A stretch of 64,000 nt of DNA from Octopus sinensis (GCF_006345805.1 NC_043015.1:25296001-25360000), one strand, 5' to 3'. Counted from the first letter of the stretch, positions 1 through 15,314 are shown. Program-made: numbers and translations. The notes: generated by a model not told the origin, from the letters alone.

Positions 1-341
1 GCTGTGTGGTTAAGAAATTCACTTGAGATCCATGAGACCAGGAGTTCGATCCCACTCTGTGAACATCATTAACTAACATTTTTATATAATAGTCATAGGT
101 TCCCTAATACCCTCTGAAGAAGCCTATCCATATTTCATCATGATGAACCCTTAATCCCTACACATTTTTTCCTCTCTCCACTTTTTTTTGTTCTCTCTCC
201 ATTTTCTTTTTCTCTTAGTCCTTTCTTTTGAAGAGCATAGAATTAAAATGTGATAAACTTTTCCTTTCTTCCAAAGTGTCTAACTAATACACCTGCTTGT
301 TGTTCCTTCACCTGTCTTTATCTTTTGTTTTCTCTAAATTC

Positions 342-401
342 TATGTATGTATGTATGTATGTATGTATGTATGTATGTATGTATGTATGTATGTATATGT
401 G

Positions 402-486
<85 letters not shown>
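342..486. repeat. (TATG)n/(TA)n microsatellite, one of dozens of TA, CA, TATG, GATA, AAT, CAT and GGT tracts in the window
   Basis: Directly visible; explains the YI/CV/poly-I/poly-N ORFs. Other large tracts: 16044-16227, 18140-18325, 39690-40135, 49040-49135, 53340-53470, 53880-54345, 59265-59440. Confidence 0.98.
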
Positions 487-489
<3 letters not shown>

Positions 490-1030
490 CGTTTTGGGAT
501 TTGGTTTGCAAGATTCCTTATGTGAGTTCATGTGTTGAAGCATTATTCTGTTGTGTCTACGGAGAGTCATTCCCTTTTAGAGCCTTATTATTTAACACAC
601 TGACCAGTTCAGTTTTCAATCATTTATTTATTTTTCTAAAATTTTCGTTACATCTTGCAACCTTTTCAATAGTCTTTGACCCGGTCCATTCTCCAAGCTG
701 CATTCTTTTTGTTTGTTTGTGTGCATGTGTATGGGTCACTTTGTTTACAATACACTGCTGGCAGAAGTAGATGGCAACTAGCTTGAAACTGGGCCAGTTC
801 CATGATCCTGTTAGCTGATGGAGTGTAAGTAGAGGTCCACTCTCCCTACTAGCGATGTATTGTATATAAAAGATGCAGAACATTGCATTGAGAACCAGCT
901 GGTGGAGAATTTGCTTGGGGTTAAACTAGTAGTAACATTCAACTGCCACTTGGATGTGGCAACTCTCTTTACTGTTTATAACACGTTACTACTCTGTCTC
1001 GTCTTCAGATTTTTATAACAAGCTTCTTTG

Positions 1031-1071
<41 letters not shown>

Positions 1072-1084
1072 ATTATTATTATTA

Positions 1085-1552
1085 TTGTTATTGAGTGAGC
1101 GAGCAGAGCATGCCATCAAAGTGACACTGGGGTAAAATATACGAAGCCCAGTATACCCATCATGACTACCCGTCTGATAAGAGTACACCAGGCGCATGCA
1201 TCACAACCATATGTGTGCGACATGGTGATCTCATATCAAGATAAACAGCACATGACCTTGCAGGTGGAGCCCAGTTAGAATTTTCTTCACATCGAGTAAC
1301 CCATCCCACTCAAAAGGTCCCTGAATAAGGGTTGTTTAAGGACGTTGAACGAAACACCCATGTTTCCAAAGGTGAATTATTCAAACCCCAAAGAATCCTT
1401 CTCAACACATGGCTATGATGCTCCCCCACTACTTCTGCTCGTGATCAGAGATGCACATATCGTCAGCCACTAAGGGACATGGTCAACTGGTTAAGGTCAA
1501 ACAACTGACAAGCAAATCTGTGGTATTGAGCAGAATATTTGCTGTAGCCCAC
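1085..1552 (+). mobile_element. Interspersed ~470-bp non-coding repeat (SINE or LINE-UTR derived), flanked by (ATT)n
   Basis: A diverged copy lies in reverse orientation at ~39296-39690 (shared blocks such as ccctgaataagggttgtt and cacccatgtttccaaaggtgaatt). Family identity not determined. Confidence 0.75.
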
Positions 1553-2463
1553 ATTATTATTATTATTATTATTATTATTAGGAAAGATTAGTTCCAAGTC
1601 CACAGGAATGAGACATTCAAATTAGAGGTACTGAAGTACTTCTCTCAATATTTTATTCATAAATATAAAAGTAGTTTTAGAGACAGAACCACCCTCAACT
1701 CAATCAGCATTGAAAGATGTTATACCCGACCGAGCCATAAAATATTAAATATGATACTGTATCTATTCATAATCCCATACTTTCCATTTTAAAGACAACA
1801 CGTATTTCATGACAGTATGTTAGGTATTTTTGAGATATAAGGTCTCTAGTTTCAATACTCAATTAGATTGACATACTTCCAATCTTCAGGTCTGGATTCT
1901 ACACATTTATTGCTCTATCTACATCTTATATAACTCAATGAAAATTGAAATTATTTGACTAAAAATCGTTAACATAATTTTAATTTACAAATTTATGAAT
2001 AAAAATTAAAATAATGAATGAACCTTAAAATTTTAAGGAACAAAAATTTATGGAATAAAAGAGGATAAAAAATACGAATAAAGAATACGAAATATAAATA
2101 AAAATAATGAGCAAAACGAATGTGGGATCAAATGGAATTTGCTGAGGAAGATTTTCTACAACCAGATGTCCTTCCTGTTGCCAACCTTCACTGGTTTCTA
2201 AATAATGATAATATTGCTCCATGGCCAGACAGGTTATTCGCAGATGACTAGAAATGGACACCATTGCTTGTATGATGATGGTATTCATTCACAACCATCA
2301 TATGATGTCTAGGCACCCCCACACACAGACATGAGAGGGTCAATAGGTCAAGTCCAGAGATGTTCAATGGAGAATGCATGTACTCAAATGATTTGAACTT
2401 ATGCTCCAAACTTTTAATTGAAGTCTTTATACATCAAACCCAAGATTGTTTATCTGCATCACT

Positions 2464-2532
<69 letters not shown>

Positions 2533-3559
2533 TACATACATACATACATACATACATACATACATACATACATACATACATAAAATGAGCTTTCAGTTTC
2601 CATCTACCGAATCAAGTTACAGAGCTTTTGTCAGCCTGACATTGTAGTAGAAATCACTCACCTAAAATGTAGTTTTTAGAATCTAAAGCTCTAAGTTTGG
2701 GAGCAGGCTTCTTAGCTGCACAGCTATGTCTACACCTATTGCCACACTTACCCACACTCCTCATTCACCATCCTACCCGACACATAATGTTAATGATTGT
2801 ATTTATGTCAAGTTTTATATGTTTATTTGTATGGAAAGCTTGAATCGAAGCTCTGGTCAGACAGCAAAGCAGCAAGGGAGGCTGAGGTCTATCAAGCATG
2901 TATAGTAATTTCACTGTTATGGATGAAAGACGTGGACAAACTTCCACAGGCATATCCAATATCCTAAGTAATTCCACCAGTGATGCTTTAATGATATCCT
3001 AAAAATGTCCATACCAGCATGGCAGGTGGACGTTATATGATGATCATGATGATGATGATGATGATGATGTCATGGCAATCTCATGCACCTGTTACAAGAG
3101 CATTACAGCTGATGAAGTTACTCAGTAAGGATTAATTCGTTGATTTTGACTAACAAGCTTACATGGTCTGGCTATCTTATCCATTTAGAGGACACCCACA
3201 TTCCAAAATAGGTGTTGTATGATGATCTGAGCAAGGAAACTAGCCTCAGTGCAAGCCAGACCTGCATCTCAAAGGTAATCTTAAAGATACACTTAAAAAG
3301 ATCAATGTTAACACCAATTCTTGAGTCATTTTCGTGGCTGTGTGATCAAGAAGCTTTCCTCCCTAAACCATAGCTATGGCTTCAGTCTCATTGTGTTGCA
3401 CCTTGGAAAAGCAAAAGCTTGTCATGAGCTTTGCCCGATGGAAACTGAAAGAAGTCCACCATATGTATGCATGTGTGTATGTGTACATGTGTGCGTGCAT
3501 GCCTGTAAGCATGTGTGTATGTATGTGCACACATGCATATGTCTGTGTTTTTGTTACCT

Positions 3560-4090
3560 AAGAGATGCAACAAGCAAAAGAGGTGATTGCTTTGAAAGTC
3601 TTGTAGCCAGAGCAAGGACTGCTTAGAGAAAGTTCAACAAGAAAAATGTTTTCTCTAAGAGTGGAAAGCAGACTGTATGATGCTTGTGTTAATATTGCAA
3701 TGCTGCATGGCAGTGAGACATGGGTTTTGAATGAAGAAGACTTGGGAAAACGAGCAAGAAATGAAGCACAAATATTCTGCTGGATGTGCAATGTGAGTGT
3801 GCAAGAAAGAATTAGTAGAAAGGTACAAATTGAAAAACTATGCCTGTGAGGAACGAGATATTGTGCACAGGAAAAGAGTGTGTGCAAGTATGGACATGTG
3901 ATGCATATGGAATGAGCATGGCTATATAAAGAAGTGCCAATTGCTAAACATGGTTGGAACTAGTGGAAGCAGGAGACCCAGGAAGACATGGAATGAAGTG
4001 AACTCTAAGCTTGGTGGGGGAGATGACAAAGGATCTGTATCTCTGGTTATACGAGGTGAGTGAAAAGATCCACCCTTGTCAACATGGTTA
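3560..4090 (+). mobile_element. Decayed RTE-clade LINE 3' fragment
   Basis: LYDACVNIAMLHGSETW...CWMCNVS, then GHVMHM and RPRKTW-like motifs across stops; typical RTE C-terminal region. Confidence 0.8.
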
Positions 4091-6130
4091 TATTTTTGTT
4101 AGTCCTTTTGCTTTGACACTGAATCAGAGTTATAAATGATTGTCACTGTCATACAAGCAGTGTCCTTCATTTCCAATCTTCCATGGAAATATGTCTGGCC
4201 ATGGGAAAACATTACCTCACTTAGAGACAGGTTAGTGTTGATGACAGGAAGAGCATCTAGCTGTAGAAATTCTATTTCAACAAATTCTGTCCATCCCGTG
4301 CAAGCAAGCAAAAGTGGACATTAAAATGATGAAGATGACAACACTATATTTACTTATTACATTGGTTTCAAAGAGAAGATTATTTTTGGCCACAGATAGC
4401 TTTGACAAACCAAAAGATAAAGACATAAAAAGGAAGTGAAATAAAGAGAAGAATCATAACTCTGTAGGATACCGGAACTTCATTGACCTTGAATGAACGA
4501 AAGGCAAACTTGGTCATGGTGGGATTTGAACTTAGACTGTAGAAAGCTGGAATGGTTACTATCATGTATCGAACACACAACACTGTCAATTCTCCTTAAG
4601 AAGTAAATTAGAAGCAGTTCATTGTTAAAAGATGAAGGGTTGACCTTCACCAAAAACTCAGCTGATAGCAAACTTTGTCCTACACGTGATAGCAGCTCTT
4701 TGACATATGCTCGTATGTTGGTAACACATGGACACTGAAGCAGTGCACACAAAATGATTTCATTTCAAAGTGGTGCACCTCAAACAGTTTCTGGCATATC
4801 TCTGCCTAAACAGCTTGTCCCAGACAAGTTTCATCTGTTAGAAATAGCAGCCATATTCAGTCAAATGCCTCCTATTGCCTTTTGCAAAAAGAAAGGTTTC
4901 ATTGAACAATGAAGTCTCTGACATATGTAAAGACTGGTTGGTCATGGTTGGAAAGCTGGGGTGGGATTAAGCATCATCATCATCAACTACTTATGGATAA
5001 TGCTGTTGAATCCTACCTCCAGCCCCACCTCCACCCCTGAGAGAAGAGAACCAAAGTTGCCCCCCGACCAGCTTATGAACACAGAAATATGAGGGGTGTA
5101 ACTCAATCACTAAATACCCACAAGGCGATTAACTCAGGGCGCTCTACTGATTATGTCATTAACTGCCATCAGCTAATTATTTACATAACAAATAAGTAAA
5201 TAAATGAATAATCAAATGAAGGCAAACAATAAAAAAGATACTACTTCTTGTACACACACATGCACACACATATATATATCTGAAGTATTTGCATAATTTT
5301 AGATTCAGAAAATATTCATCTAATTAATAGAATAATCTTTTGTTGGACAAAGACATAAAAATGAAAAGAAAAAAACAACAACAAATACCTATTATATTTT
5401 AATTGTTCATTCTTCTTACAATTTGAAACAATGACAACTGGCTGTTGTTGTTGTTATTGTTGTTGCTGTTGCTGTTGTTGATGTACTCATTTCATGTTCA
5501 CTCATTTCATTTTTGCTCCTCTTTTTTCTTTTCACGCTATCTCTCTCTCTCTCTCTCTCTCATTCCTCTTTTTCTTCTCTCATTCTTCTTTTCCTTCTTC
5601 CCCTCCTCTCCCTTCTACTCTTCCTCCTCTGCCTCCCTCCTCCTCCTCCACCCACCTCCCTCCACATCACAATATTTAACCGAGGGCAACAGATTTCTTT
5701 AAGATTGCTTGAATTTCAATAAGATAATCACTTTAATTAATGCATTTAAATAGAAAATTATGAATGTCTCCTGAATTTACATTAAATGGCAACTGAGAGA
5801 GAGATGGAGTTGTTAGCCAAGTTTCATAGAAATACTAGACTTTTCACATCAAACTGCCTACTTGTTTCCCCTCACCATTTTCTATGATTCCTTCTTTCTT
5901 TCTTTCTTAACTTCTATTTTTATTCATTGATAATTTCATTTTCTTTCCTGTCTCTTATTTTGTTTTTTGCATTATTTATATATTTGTATTCCATTATTTT
6001 GCTGTAGTTAATTATACTAGTTAATTATACTAGTTACTGAGAAAACCATTTCCAGCACTCATTCTCCTGATAATTGTTATAGATTTCTTTTCTGGTCGGG
6101 CATTCACCCACACATACACACACACACACA

Positions 6131-6186
<56 letters not shown>

Positions 6187-9100
6187 AATGTAAAAGTTAA
6201 CATTTTTGACAATGAAATAGCTTAATGCAAATTTCCCGTCAATTACTTTTGTTTCACTTCTGGGAGAAAAACGAAAATATAAATGAAAAATAAAGCAAAC
6301 AAGAAAAAGCACCATCACCATCACCACTGATGACAATGATCACAACAGCAACATCAACAACATTAACATTTGCTTATGCTAATTTCATTTGTTTAGACCA
6401 TTTTAAGTTAATCAGTTAGTTATACTTCAGAGTGACAAAGGTAAGCAACACATTGAGATTCTTCAACTATATTATCTCCTATTATCTCAAAATTGCACTT
6501 TATATAAGCAGTTTGAATGTTCAAATCACAGAAACAGTAGCATACTAAACTAAGCATCCAAGTGAGAAAATAATTAGGAAGAGGTGTCTCCCACAAATTT
6601 TAACTACCAATATTAACATATATGAAGCAGAAGGGCAGCTTGTCCTCTCAGTGTATTCCCAGATGCTTTATGAGTGAGAAATAAAATTAAAGATGATCTG
6701 TAATGGATTGAAGAATTTTTTGAACGTAGGACTGCTTCATCAAAACTAAAGAACTACAACAGCAGAGCATCAAACAAGATGTGTTTAGATAAACTCAGAA
6801 AGGATTAAAAGTAAGACTTCTACTTGTGGGTTGTCATCCTGGCAGATAGGAGACAAGTCTCTTGATATGGGCAAGCTTTAAAGATGGAAAACAAGTCAGC
6901 TTGGATCCCATATGGGATGGCTTTTAGCAAGAAACTGACACTTACTCAATCTAGGATTATAAAGAAATCTTGAGAAACATGATGGTGAGTGTGCAGTTTT
7001 TGTCAAAGAGTTGTCCACTGACAAAATGGTAATACACGAATGTTGTTGGCTGGAATAATCTGTTATGTCAATAAGACCAATTGAGTTCCAGGAATGTGCT
7101 GCTACTAGCATCTATATATTTGGTGACCATGGATGTTAGTAGCCAATCAAAGATTTCTATGACTTAGAATAAAATTTTAATCTGTGAAAGCTCAAACAAA
7201 CAGGAGCCCCTCACAACAGAAGCTCAAGCTGCTAGAAGTAGCAGCCAATCTCTATAAAATCAGACTGTGGAACCTTAAAAATAGGAATCTTATGAGAAAC
7301 AATTTGTCTCTTAAATATTATGGAAAATAAAGGGAAAAAAGGAGGAAAACAGGAACCACAATAGGTTTTGCTGATTTGCCAGAAAAAACAACCAAATCTC
7401 TCTTCAATTAAAACCTATTGGCATTAAAAATGAGAATAACTCACTGGATAAAGAAGACTGCTGAAAATTAAGTCTAAAAAGTTTTCTATGAATAACTAAT
7501 AATTAGCAGCAATCTAGACATTGTTTGTTATACATCTTGTATTCAGAGAACATAAAAAGTAATACAAATGGAGGTGGACAGAGTGTAGCGCGCAAATGAT
7601 TTCTAATATCAGATAATCGCATGTGTGCTACGCTTGATTGACATTAATCAAATAATTTACACAACAACAAATTGGTTGGAAAGAGAAACTTGTACAAAGG
7701 TGTTTGAACAACTATAAATAGCAGCCAAATCTCCCTCAAATTTTAATCTAGTGTCTTAGGAAAAAAAAAGGAGGAATACATAAACCTAGATACTTTTTGG
7801 ATAAAAAATGAAATATTCTATTGCTTTACAAGCTTCAGTCATTAGAAAGGTCATGGTTGGAAAGTTGTCATACATCTGACAGATAAGGGCAAGGATTAAG
7901 CCCATACAACAACAAAGACAGTATAAAGAAAATGTAAGCAGTTTTTCACAAGATCTTATGTGAAATATCACCAAAGATATAATCCTTATACAAAGTATAA
8001 GCAGAGTGGGAACTGGTTTGGTTGTGGGGTTGACCATTGCCAGATGAGTAGATTTAGTAGGCAGAAACTGTGTGGAAGCCTTCCATGTGTGTGTGTGAAT
8101 GTATTTGCCCCCTACTGCTTGAAAACCAGTGCTAGTTTGCTTACATCTCTGTAACATAGCAGCCCGAAAAATAAACACAGGGGCTGATTAGATTGAGTAA
8201 ATGCTTCGAGGCCATGCCCCAGCATGGCCACAGTTGATGAGTGAAACAAGTAAAAGAGGAATACATACAACAACCCAGCTCTGCAAAAGTGATTCCTTTC
8301 AAAGAAACCTTACCAGAGGGGCATGGAGAGAGGACGTATCCACAGAACAACAACCTTATCAAAGGACTCATCAATGCTGAATTAATTGCATTGCCAACTC
8401 ATAGAACATTCACCTTGTCAGCATCCATTTTGCTGGACTATGGCCCCTGGGGGATATTGGTTCAAAACAGAGCATATTACTCCTTGATAAGATATGAAAA
8501 ATCTATGTTTTGGTTGGTCACTAAAACTTTAATAAGTGACACCACCACCACCTCACCCATTTTCAATTCACATTCTAATAAATCAGTCAATAAATTTAAT
8601 TATTCAAAATAATGGTTTTCTAAAAATTCATTCCATAACATGCACAATGGCTTCCAAAGTTAATTAATCTACTGGACTTCTGAACACAAGCTCATGTACT
8701 CCAAATTTACAGCTAGAAAATACAATATGGCTTTTTTTCTTTTTAATATTCCACTAGTTGGTCATGGTTCATAACTTTACATGCTTTGATTAACAAAAAA
8801 TTCCAAAGTTGACATATAAAAAAAATTCGCCCTCTTTTATGCTGAGCCAGCCACCCATGACTGGCTGTGTTAAAAACGTTCATATTTAAATTAAAATCAT
8901 AAAACCTCACTACAACGTCAATGAGAACATGAGATTTCTTGCAGAGACACAAGGACAAAAATTTCTGCAAAGAGGGGAGTTAATCACATAAACCAAATTC
9001 CATGAGGGTTTAATGACAGAAAATATAGAAATGGAATTTAATGCCTTAAAGTATTTTGGTTGCCCTTCTGCCAGCTCTGCAAATCTCCTGCTTTATAATA

Positions 9101-11243
9101 ACAATAGCACTTAGAGCCTCTAAGGAGTGGTTCAATTTGCTAGAAATAGCTGGAATATATCTCTCAAATTACAGTCTACCATCATAACAATGGATGGTCA
9201 CATTGTCACATTTAACAGGGAGGTCTGAAATATACTACATCTGAATAAAATGATGAGAAGGTCAAGACTGTAGCATGATTGATCATGTTCCTGCTCAATT
9301 GCAGCTGTCCTGGGGTTAAACAAAAGCATAAAATAATGGTTTCTAAAACAGGCAAGAAGTGAAGGGGCTGTTTTGATAGGAAAAGGTTAGGTAAGTAAAA
9401 GTCCCAGTACATAGGGTTTCAGGTTAAATAAAAAAAAAGGGGGTGGGGTTATGTAAAATTTTCAAGATATGTTTCAGAACAGGGGTTGGCATATTTTTGT
9501 CAGTGACCCCCATCCCTCCCAACCCCTCATGGAATCCTTGTTAACTTATCAGCTCCCATCATGTAAATTTCTAAAATGAAATTAAAAGTATAATTTTAAA
9601 ATTTTCTAATCTAAAAGCAAGAATTGCTATGTTACCAGTTTTTATTAAGAAATGTTTAAAGAAACTTAATAAAAATAATTAACAAAATTGATAAAAAACA
9701 AAAATTCAGTCATGTTAAGTTGATAGAGTCAGAATATTTAATGTGGAGTATGTGTTTGATAAATACTAGTTATTTCAAATATATTTGGCTGGAAATTAGT
9801 GAGTTTTAGCCTTAAATAACCCATGCTCCACCAAATTCAGTTTGCTAGGAATTCTGTACCTTTAATAATCAAATCATTTCAGGTGTTTATCTACCTCTCA
9901 GGTAGCCACATAGCCTGCCTCAAGGACATCATTCTTTATTGTTCTCAAATGATGGAAATCAATCATTTCATTCCAAAATTAGCATCCCAGTATAAGGGAG
10001 AATCACAATTAGGGATAAGGATATGTAAATGAACCGAAACTTAATCATAACATTGGGCAATGTACAAGCACATGTGACCTGACCAGTAAACACACTCAGA
10101 ACTGAGCAGCAGACAAAAGCCATTTTTTGAAATGTCAACTAGAAATGGCAAATGTCTGCATCACCCTTGTTGTATATTATTACCTGAACTTTGTGCTTGT
10201 CTCAGGTAGTATGTGACCAAGGTAGAGTCTGTATATTTCTTGTGGCAAGTTTGGTTTCATTCAGAGAAGGAAGTTCATTTATTGCAGCTTCTCTACAGAA
10301 GGCTCAGTATGTGCTGGTTGATGCTGTGTAGCCACCTGTCAAGGCTCCAACATACTCAGAAATTTCTAGATTTTTAAACAAGTGTTTATCCATTAACAGG
10401 AACATTTTCTTTGCCTCTTTTACAGAGTTGCAGTCATGAGAGAAGCAAAGCCCAAGACTGGATATACCGCAGGCACTCGATGTCCTCCACCAGCCATGAA
10501 TTTCAGTCAGTGGAACAACCTGATGAGAATTCTACAGAGAATTAAGGTTGGAATTTTTGGAAAGACTCACGGTAGCAATGAACATCTTTTAAGTAATATA
10601 TTCCAGAGGTCTATGCACAACTTCCAAAATTCCTTGTCCGTCGAGTTCTACACTGGCTTTGGGCCTAAATCAGAAACCACTCAAGGCAGCAAGTTGGCAG
10701 AATTGCTTCTGTGTTGGACAAAATACCTGGTGGTATTTCCTCCACCTCTTTACACACAGAGCTCAATTCCTACTAGGGTTCACTTTGCCTTTCATCCTTT
10801 CAAGGTCGATAAAATAAAGGGCCAGTCTACCATTAGGGCCGGTGGTATAAGCCAACAACATTCTCTTTGAGACTCTTAGCATTGGGCATAATTTAGAACC
10901 TTATTATTAATATTGTTGTTGCTATTGCTGTTGTTGTGCTTGTTTTGCTTTTTATTTTCTTATTTTATAGAATTAGTTTGGGGGGCATGTGCACACACAC
11001 ACACAAACACACACACAAACACACACACACACACACAAACACACACATTCTAAATTTTCAGGAGACAAATTAAAGGGAAACTGTAAACGTGCTTCTTACA
11101 TAACTGTTCTAATTTTTTTTTTTTTCTTTATTAGTGATTCTGCATTAGAGGAGAGGATAGAAAGTGTGACAAAGGGTTTTTGAGGGCCTGAATTAGAATA
11201 AAAAGGTGAATTCAATTTATGAAAGAACAATTGAGATCTTTAC

Positions 11244-11336
11244 CTGAACAGATTGGGTTTCAGTTGCTTCCACATCCAAGGCATTTTTCTGATTCTTAAC
11301 TTCTTCAAGAAGATAATTGATCTGCAGATTCAGTTC
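11244..11336 (-). CDS. CCDC39: Internal coding exon (93 nt, phase 0-0) of coiled-coil domain-containing protein 39: ELNLQINYLLEEVKNQKNALDVEATETQSVQ
   Basis: Strong acceptor (tcattttcttcttatctttag|) and donor (cag|gtaaag), open frame. Resembles, from memory, human CCDC39 [31 protein letters not shown], recalled as a 93-nt exon. No other CCDC39 exon recognised in the window. Confidence 0.75.
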
Positions 11337-14300
11337 CTAAAGATAAGAAGAAAATGATTTGTAGATTGTTAAGTCATAGGGGAATGTACTAAATTCAGGA
11401 CAAAGCACAATATACACACAAGCACACATACAGATATATATATCCTTACTGACTTAAGTTTGCTTCACCTGTCAAAACAAATGATCAAATGAAAACAAAG
11501 ATTGTTATTTTGCACAAAGAACAAGGCTAAAATCTTCATTTCAAATTTCACTCTACTTGGAAGTTCTGGCATTCTAGAGGCTTCTTACAGTGTGTATCTT
11601 GATTAACTGTTGTCAACCTCCTGAGTTTAAGTACACTTATCGCCATCATTTAAAATCTGTCTTCCATGCAGACATGAGTCAGACAGTTTAACAAGATTCA
11701 ACAAGCTGGAGGACTGTGGTGAGTGCCAATATCTGCTTTGTTATGACTTCTACAGCTGGATTCCATTTTACAGAAGGCATTGAGTGCTTTTATTTTTCTG
11801 ATATTAATGAAGCCACAGAGTAAGAGCAAGACAATGAAAATGAATTCTCAATTTGAAAATGGTTGAAAAAAGCGGGGACATGGCTTTATGCCAGGTGGTA
11901 AGAAGCTAAATAAGATACAGGGACAAGCACAGGTGTTTTGCTTGAGAGGAAGTACATGGCTACCCCAGTGTTATATAAGGGTGGGTATAGTTTGAATGAA
12001 GCCAAACATGAGGTGACAAGATGTCAGAGGTTACTCACAGGCAATAGGAAGGTGAGTAAAGAAGAGAATAGAGAAGAGGACCCAGAAGGTTGGTGTAAAG
12101 TTCATAAGAGCATTAGGGGAGAGTTGACTGGTAGTTAGAGATGGGCTGGGAGTGAATGTAATGATTGGTAAATATAAAGGGATGATGCGTGGCTGAGGGT
12201 AAATATCAGTAAAGAAAGATGAAAATGACAGAAATAAGAGTGAGTCAAGAAGAAGATGATAAAAGGCAAATCAGGAAGTGTAGGAAGCAGCAGCAGAATA
12301 CACCTGCATTTGGTGTTTATAAAATATTATAAATTAAGATTCATAACAACGAATTCTGTCAAATGAATAATTGCCTTGATTAGATAAATTGAAGAGGTTT
12401 CAGGTTCATGTGTACCTGGTTGCCGCAAAAGACAATCCCAGGTATTTCAAAAAGTCTCTAACAATATTTTCTTTACTTCAACAGGTGAGAATTTTTCCAG
12501 TTATATACAGACTTGCTTGTACATTTCAGTCAATATTTACTCATTCTTTCGTGGTTAATTGCTGTTTATAAGAGTATTTCATGAGCACCTGTCCCTAAGA
12601 AATCTCCAGATGTTCTAAAAGTTTTAGTGGCAGGTTATTAGACAAAAATTCACACAAGTTATACATCGTACATAGTCCCAACCAATTTCAAGTAAGCTGT
12701 AAAGCACTTTCATACACTAATTAAATTATGATGACTCATATGTGTCTAATTACTATATGTGTGTTGTGTGTGTGGGAGTGTATTCAGTTACATATGTGTC
12801 TGTGGACGTATGCACACACATACACACACTCACACACATGTACATATATGTGTATATTACTTGATAAAGATATGTAGTGGAATGTATTTGTATTCCTTAA
12901 CCAATACAAGTTGATTTAGAGTACTGGCTCCAACTCGTTTCACCACTCACACATGCACTCATGCACACACACACACATATTTCAAGCTCCTGCTCCACTG
13001 CCCATAATACTGTCTGTCTTGCTTCTTCAGGATTTTACTCTGGCACCCTAACCCTACCTTTTTTTTTTTTTTTGCTCAGTTACTCCCACCCTTATATAAT
13101 CATCTCTACTGGAAGCACAAGGCCTCAAATTTGGGGGAAAGGATTAAGTTGATTGCATAACTGGTACTTATTTAATTAACTCCAAAAGGATGAAAGGCAA
13201 AGTCAACCTTGGTGGAATTTGAACTCAGAATGTAGCGGCATACGAAATACCACTAAGCATTTCAGCCAGTGTGCTAACCATTCTGTCAACTCGCCACTTT
13301 TCCCACCCTTATATAATGCAGGATGGCCATATATCTTCTTCATAGCAAGACAATTCTGCTGTTCCCAGGTATAGAAATCACCTCCCCACTCGCTCAAATA
13401 TCTCATCACCACACCACATATTCAAGAGAGCTATTTCTTTTTGTTCTGCCACCTTATTTCCTTTTTTTTTTTGGTCTTGCAAGTTGCTTGGCAACTCCAT
13501 TAGTGCCAGAAGCATGAAAAATGCCCTCTGTATGCACTGTAAAAATGGTTGACATTGGGGAAGGTATACAGCCATAGAAACTGTGCCAAAGCTGACTCTG
13601 GGGTATAATACAGCCCTGTGACTCACAGGATCCTTTCAAACTGCCCAACCCATGCCAGCATGGAAAACATACATTAAATGACGATGGTGATGATGATGAT
13701 GATGATGATGGCAGTGATGATGACAATGATATAAGTAGCTGTTTGTCTTTATATATAAAATCATACATATTGAGAGAAAAGAAATGGAAATATAAAAAAA
13801 ACCTCAAACTTTAAATTATGTAAAAATTATAGTCAAGCTTCTTCACAACAGGTTGTTTTTGTGAAGTGTCATTTAATTAACGATAAAAGAAAAATATATA
13901 CCAATGAGTGATATGATATGAATGTTTCCTTTCAAATGTACACCATTAAACTGTTAAAAATAATTATGTGTCATAGTGTGGAGTTATAAGCTTTGGAAGT
14001 TTGGAATTGTAATTCAGGCGAAATGAATTCTGTAAGAAAATACTAATTATTTCAGATGACTTTAATGGGGCTTTTAAGTACCTTTGTTACATATAGTTTC
14101 TTAGATGTTCTGATTGCCATCTAAATCAGTCACTTGAATTTTAAACAATTCTTCCAGTACCACCCAACTCCATTTCCCCCACACAACCTTCTAATACCTC
14201 TGCCATACATTTCTGCTTATATTTTGTGTGCGTGTGTGCTTGCATGTATATGTATACACACACACACACTACACATGTACATGAGGCAAATAAACAAATA

Positions 14301-14758
14301 AAACTGCCTGTGTTTGATAAACAATATATACATACATGTATACAAGTACAGAGAAAGGAAAGATTAGAAATTTTCAGACGATGAATATTCAAGTATAAAT
14401 ATATCGAGATTTTTATATTAACAGAGCAAACTTACACAGAGTACAAATATACAAAAAATTTTAAAAGAAGTTATGGTCTTACAAGTCCAACAGCTGTTTC
14501 TGGGGGCTCAAACTTACTTCATAATGTTGGCTGATGCATATGTTCTCTTATATGCATTTGATTAACAATGACAAAAATACCTATTGGATTATGTAAGGAA
14601 GAACCTTATGTACTGTGGCCAATCCAACTATGTCCTACCAAATGAAAGTTGGACTATAATGAATTTTCCTTGATGTTTTCCTTTTGGAGATGCTGGAATA
14701 CACATGAAGTTCTAAATACAAGTTACTTGTCATGCAGTTTAAATTGTGCTATATAATC

Positions 14759-14801
<43 letters not shown>

Positions 14802-14833
14802 CGTGTGTGTGTAAATATGAATATATATATATA

Positions 14834-15017
14834 GGTGCAGGCATGGCTGTGTGGTAACAAGTTTGCTTCCCAGCCTTGTAGTTCCAGGTTCAGTCATACT
14901 GAGTGGTATCTTGGGATACTGTCTTCTACAAAAGACTTGAGCTGACAAGTCTTGTGAGTGAATTTGGTTGATGGAAACTGAACGAAGCCTTTCTTATATA
15001 TATGTATATATGCATAA

Positions 15018-15048
<31 letters not shown>

Positions 15049-15275
15049 GATGGATATAGATAGATAGCTAGATAGATATGTGTGTGTGTGTTTTCGTATC
15101 TACATTTGTCCACATGGCTGCTTGGTAACTGGTGTTAGTATGTTTACATCTCTGTAACTTAGTGGTTCAGTAAAACAGCCAGATAGAAGTAATACAAGGC
15201 TTTAGAAAAAATGTACTTGGGTCAATTTGTTTGACTAAAATTTATCAAATTCGTCGTCAAGACAGTGACCCAGCA
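14834..15275 (+). mobile_element. tRNA-headed SINE, family with head tggctgtgtggtaag and an internal microsatellite
   Basis: A-box-like TGGCTGTGTGG and B-box-like GGTTCAGTC. Same family at 44436-44830 (+), head at 1-60 and 25570-25740, 3' half reversed at 18325-18540 and 31490-31700. Confidence 0.85.
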
Positions 15276-15314
15276 TAGCTGCAGTATATATGTGTGTGTG
15301 TGTGTGTGTTTGTG

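Noticed and set aside
250-770. Long ORFs of alternating YI/CV or poly-I/N/H/D here and throughout the track (e.g. 53828-54463, 59153-59537)
   Set aside because: Translations of microsatellites that lack stops in some frames; not genes.
970-1025. Minus-strand CTGAAGAcgagacagag...aacgtgt, possible HHR relic
   Set aside because: GAAA core half absent; too decayed to support.
12418-12478. Minus-strand exon candidate KENIVRDFLKYLGLSFAAT
   Set aside because: Weak acceptor and no resemblance to the expected upstream CCDC39 exon.
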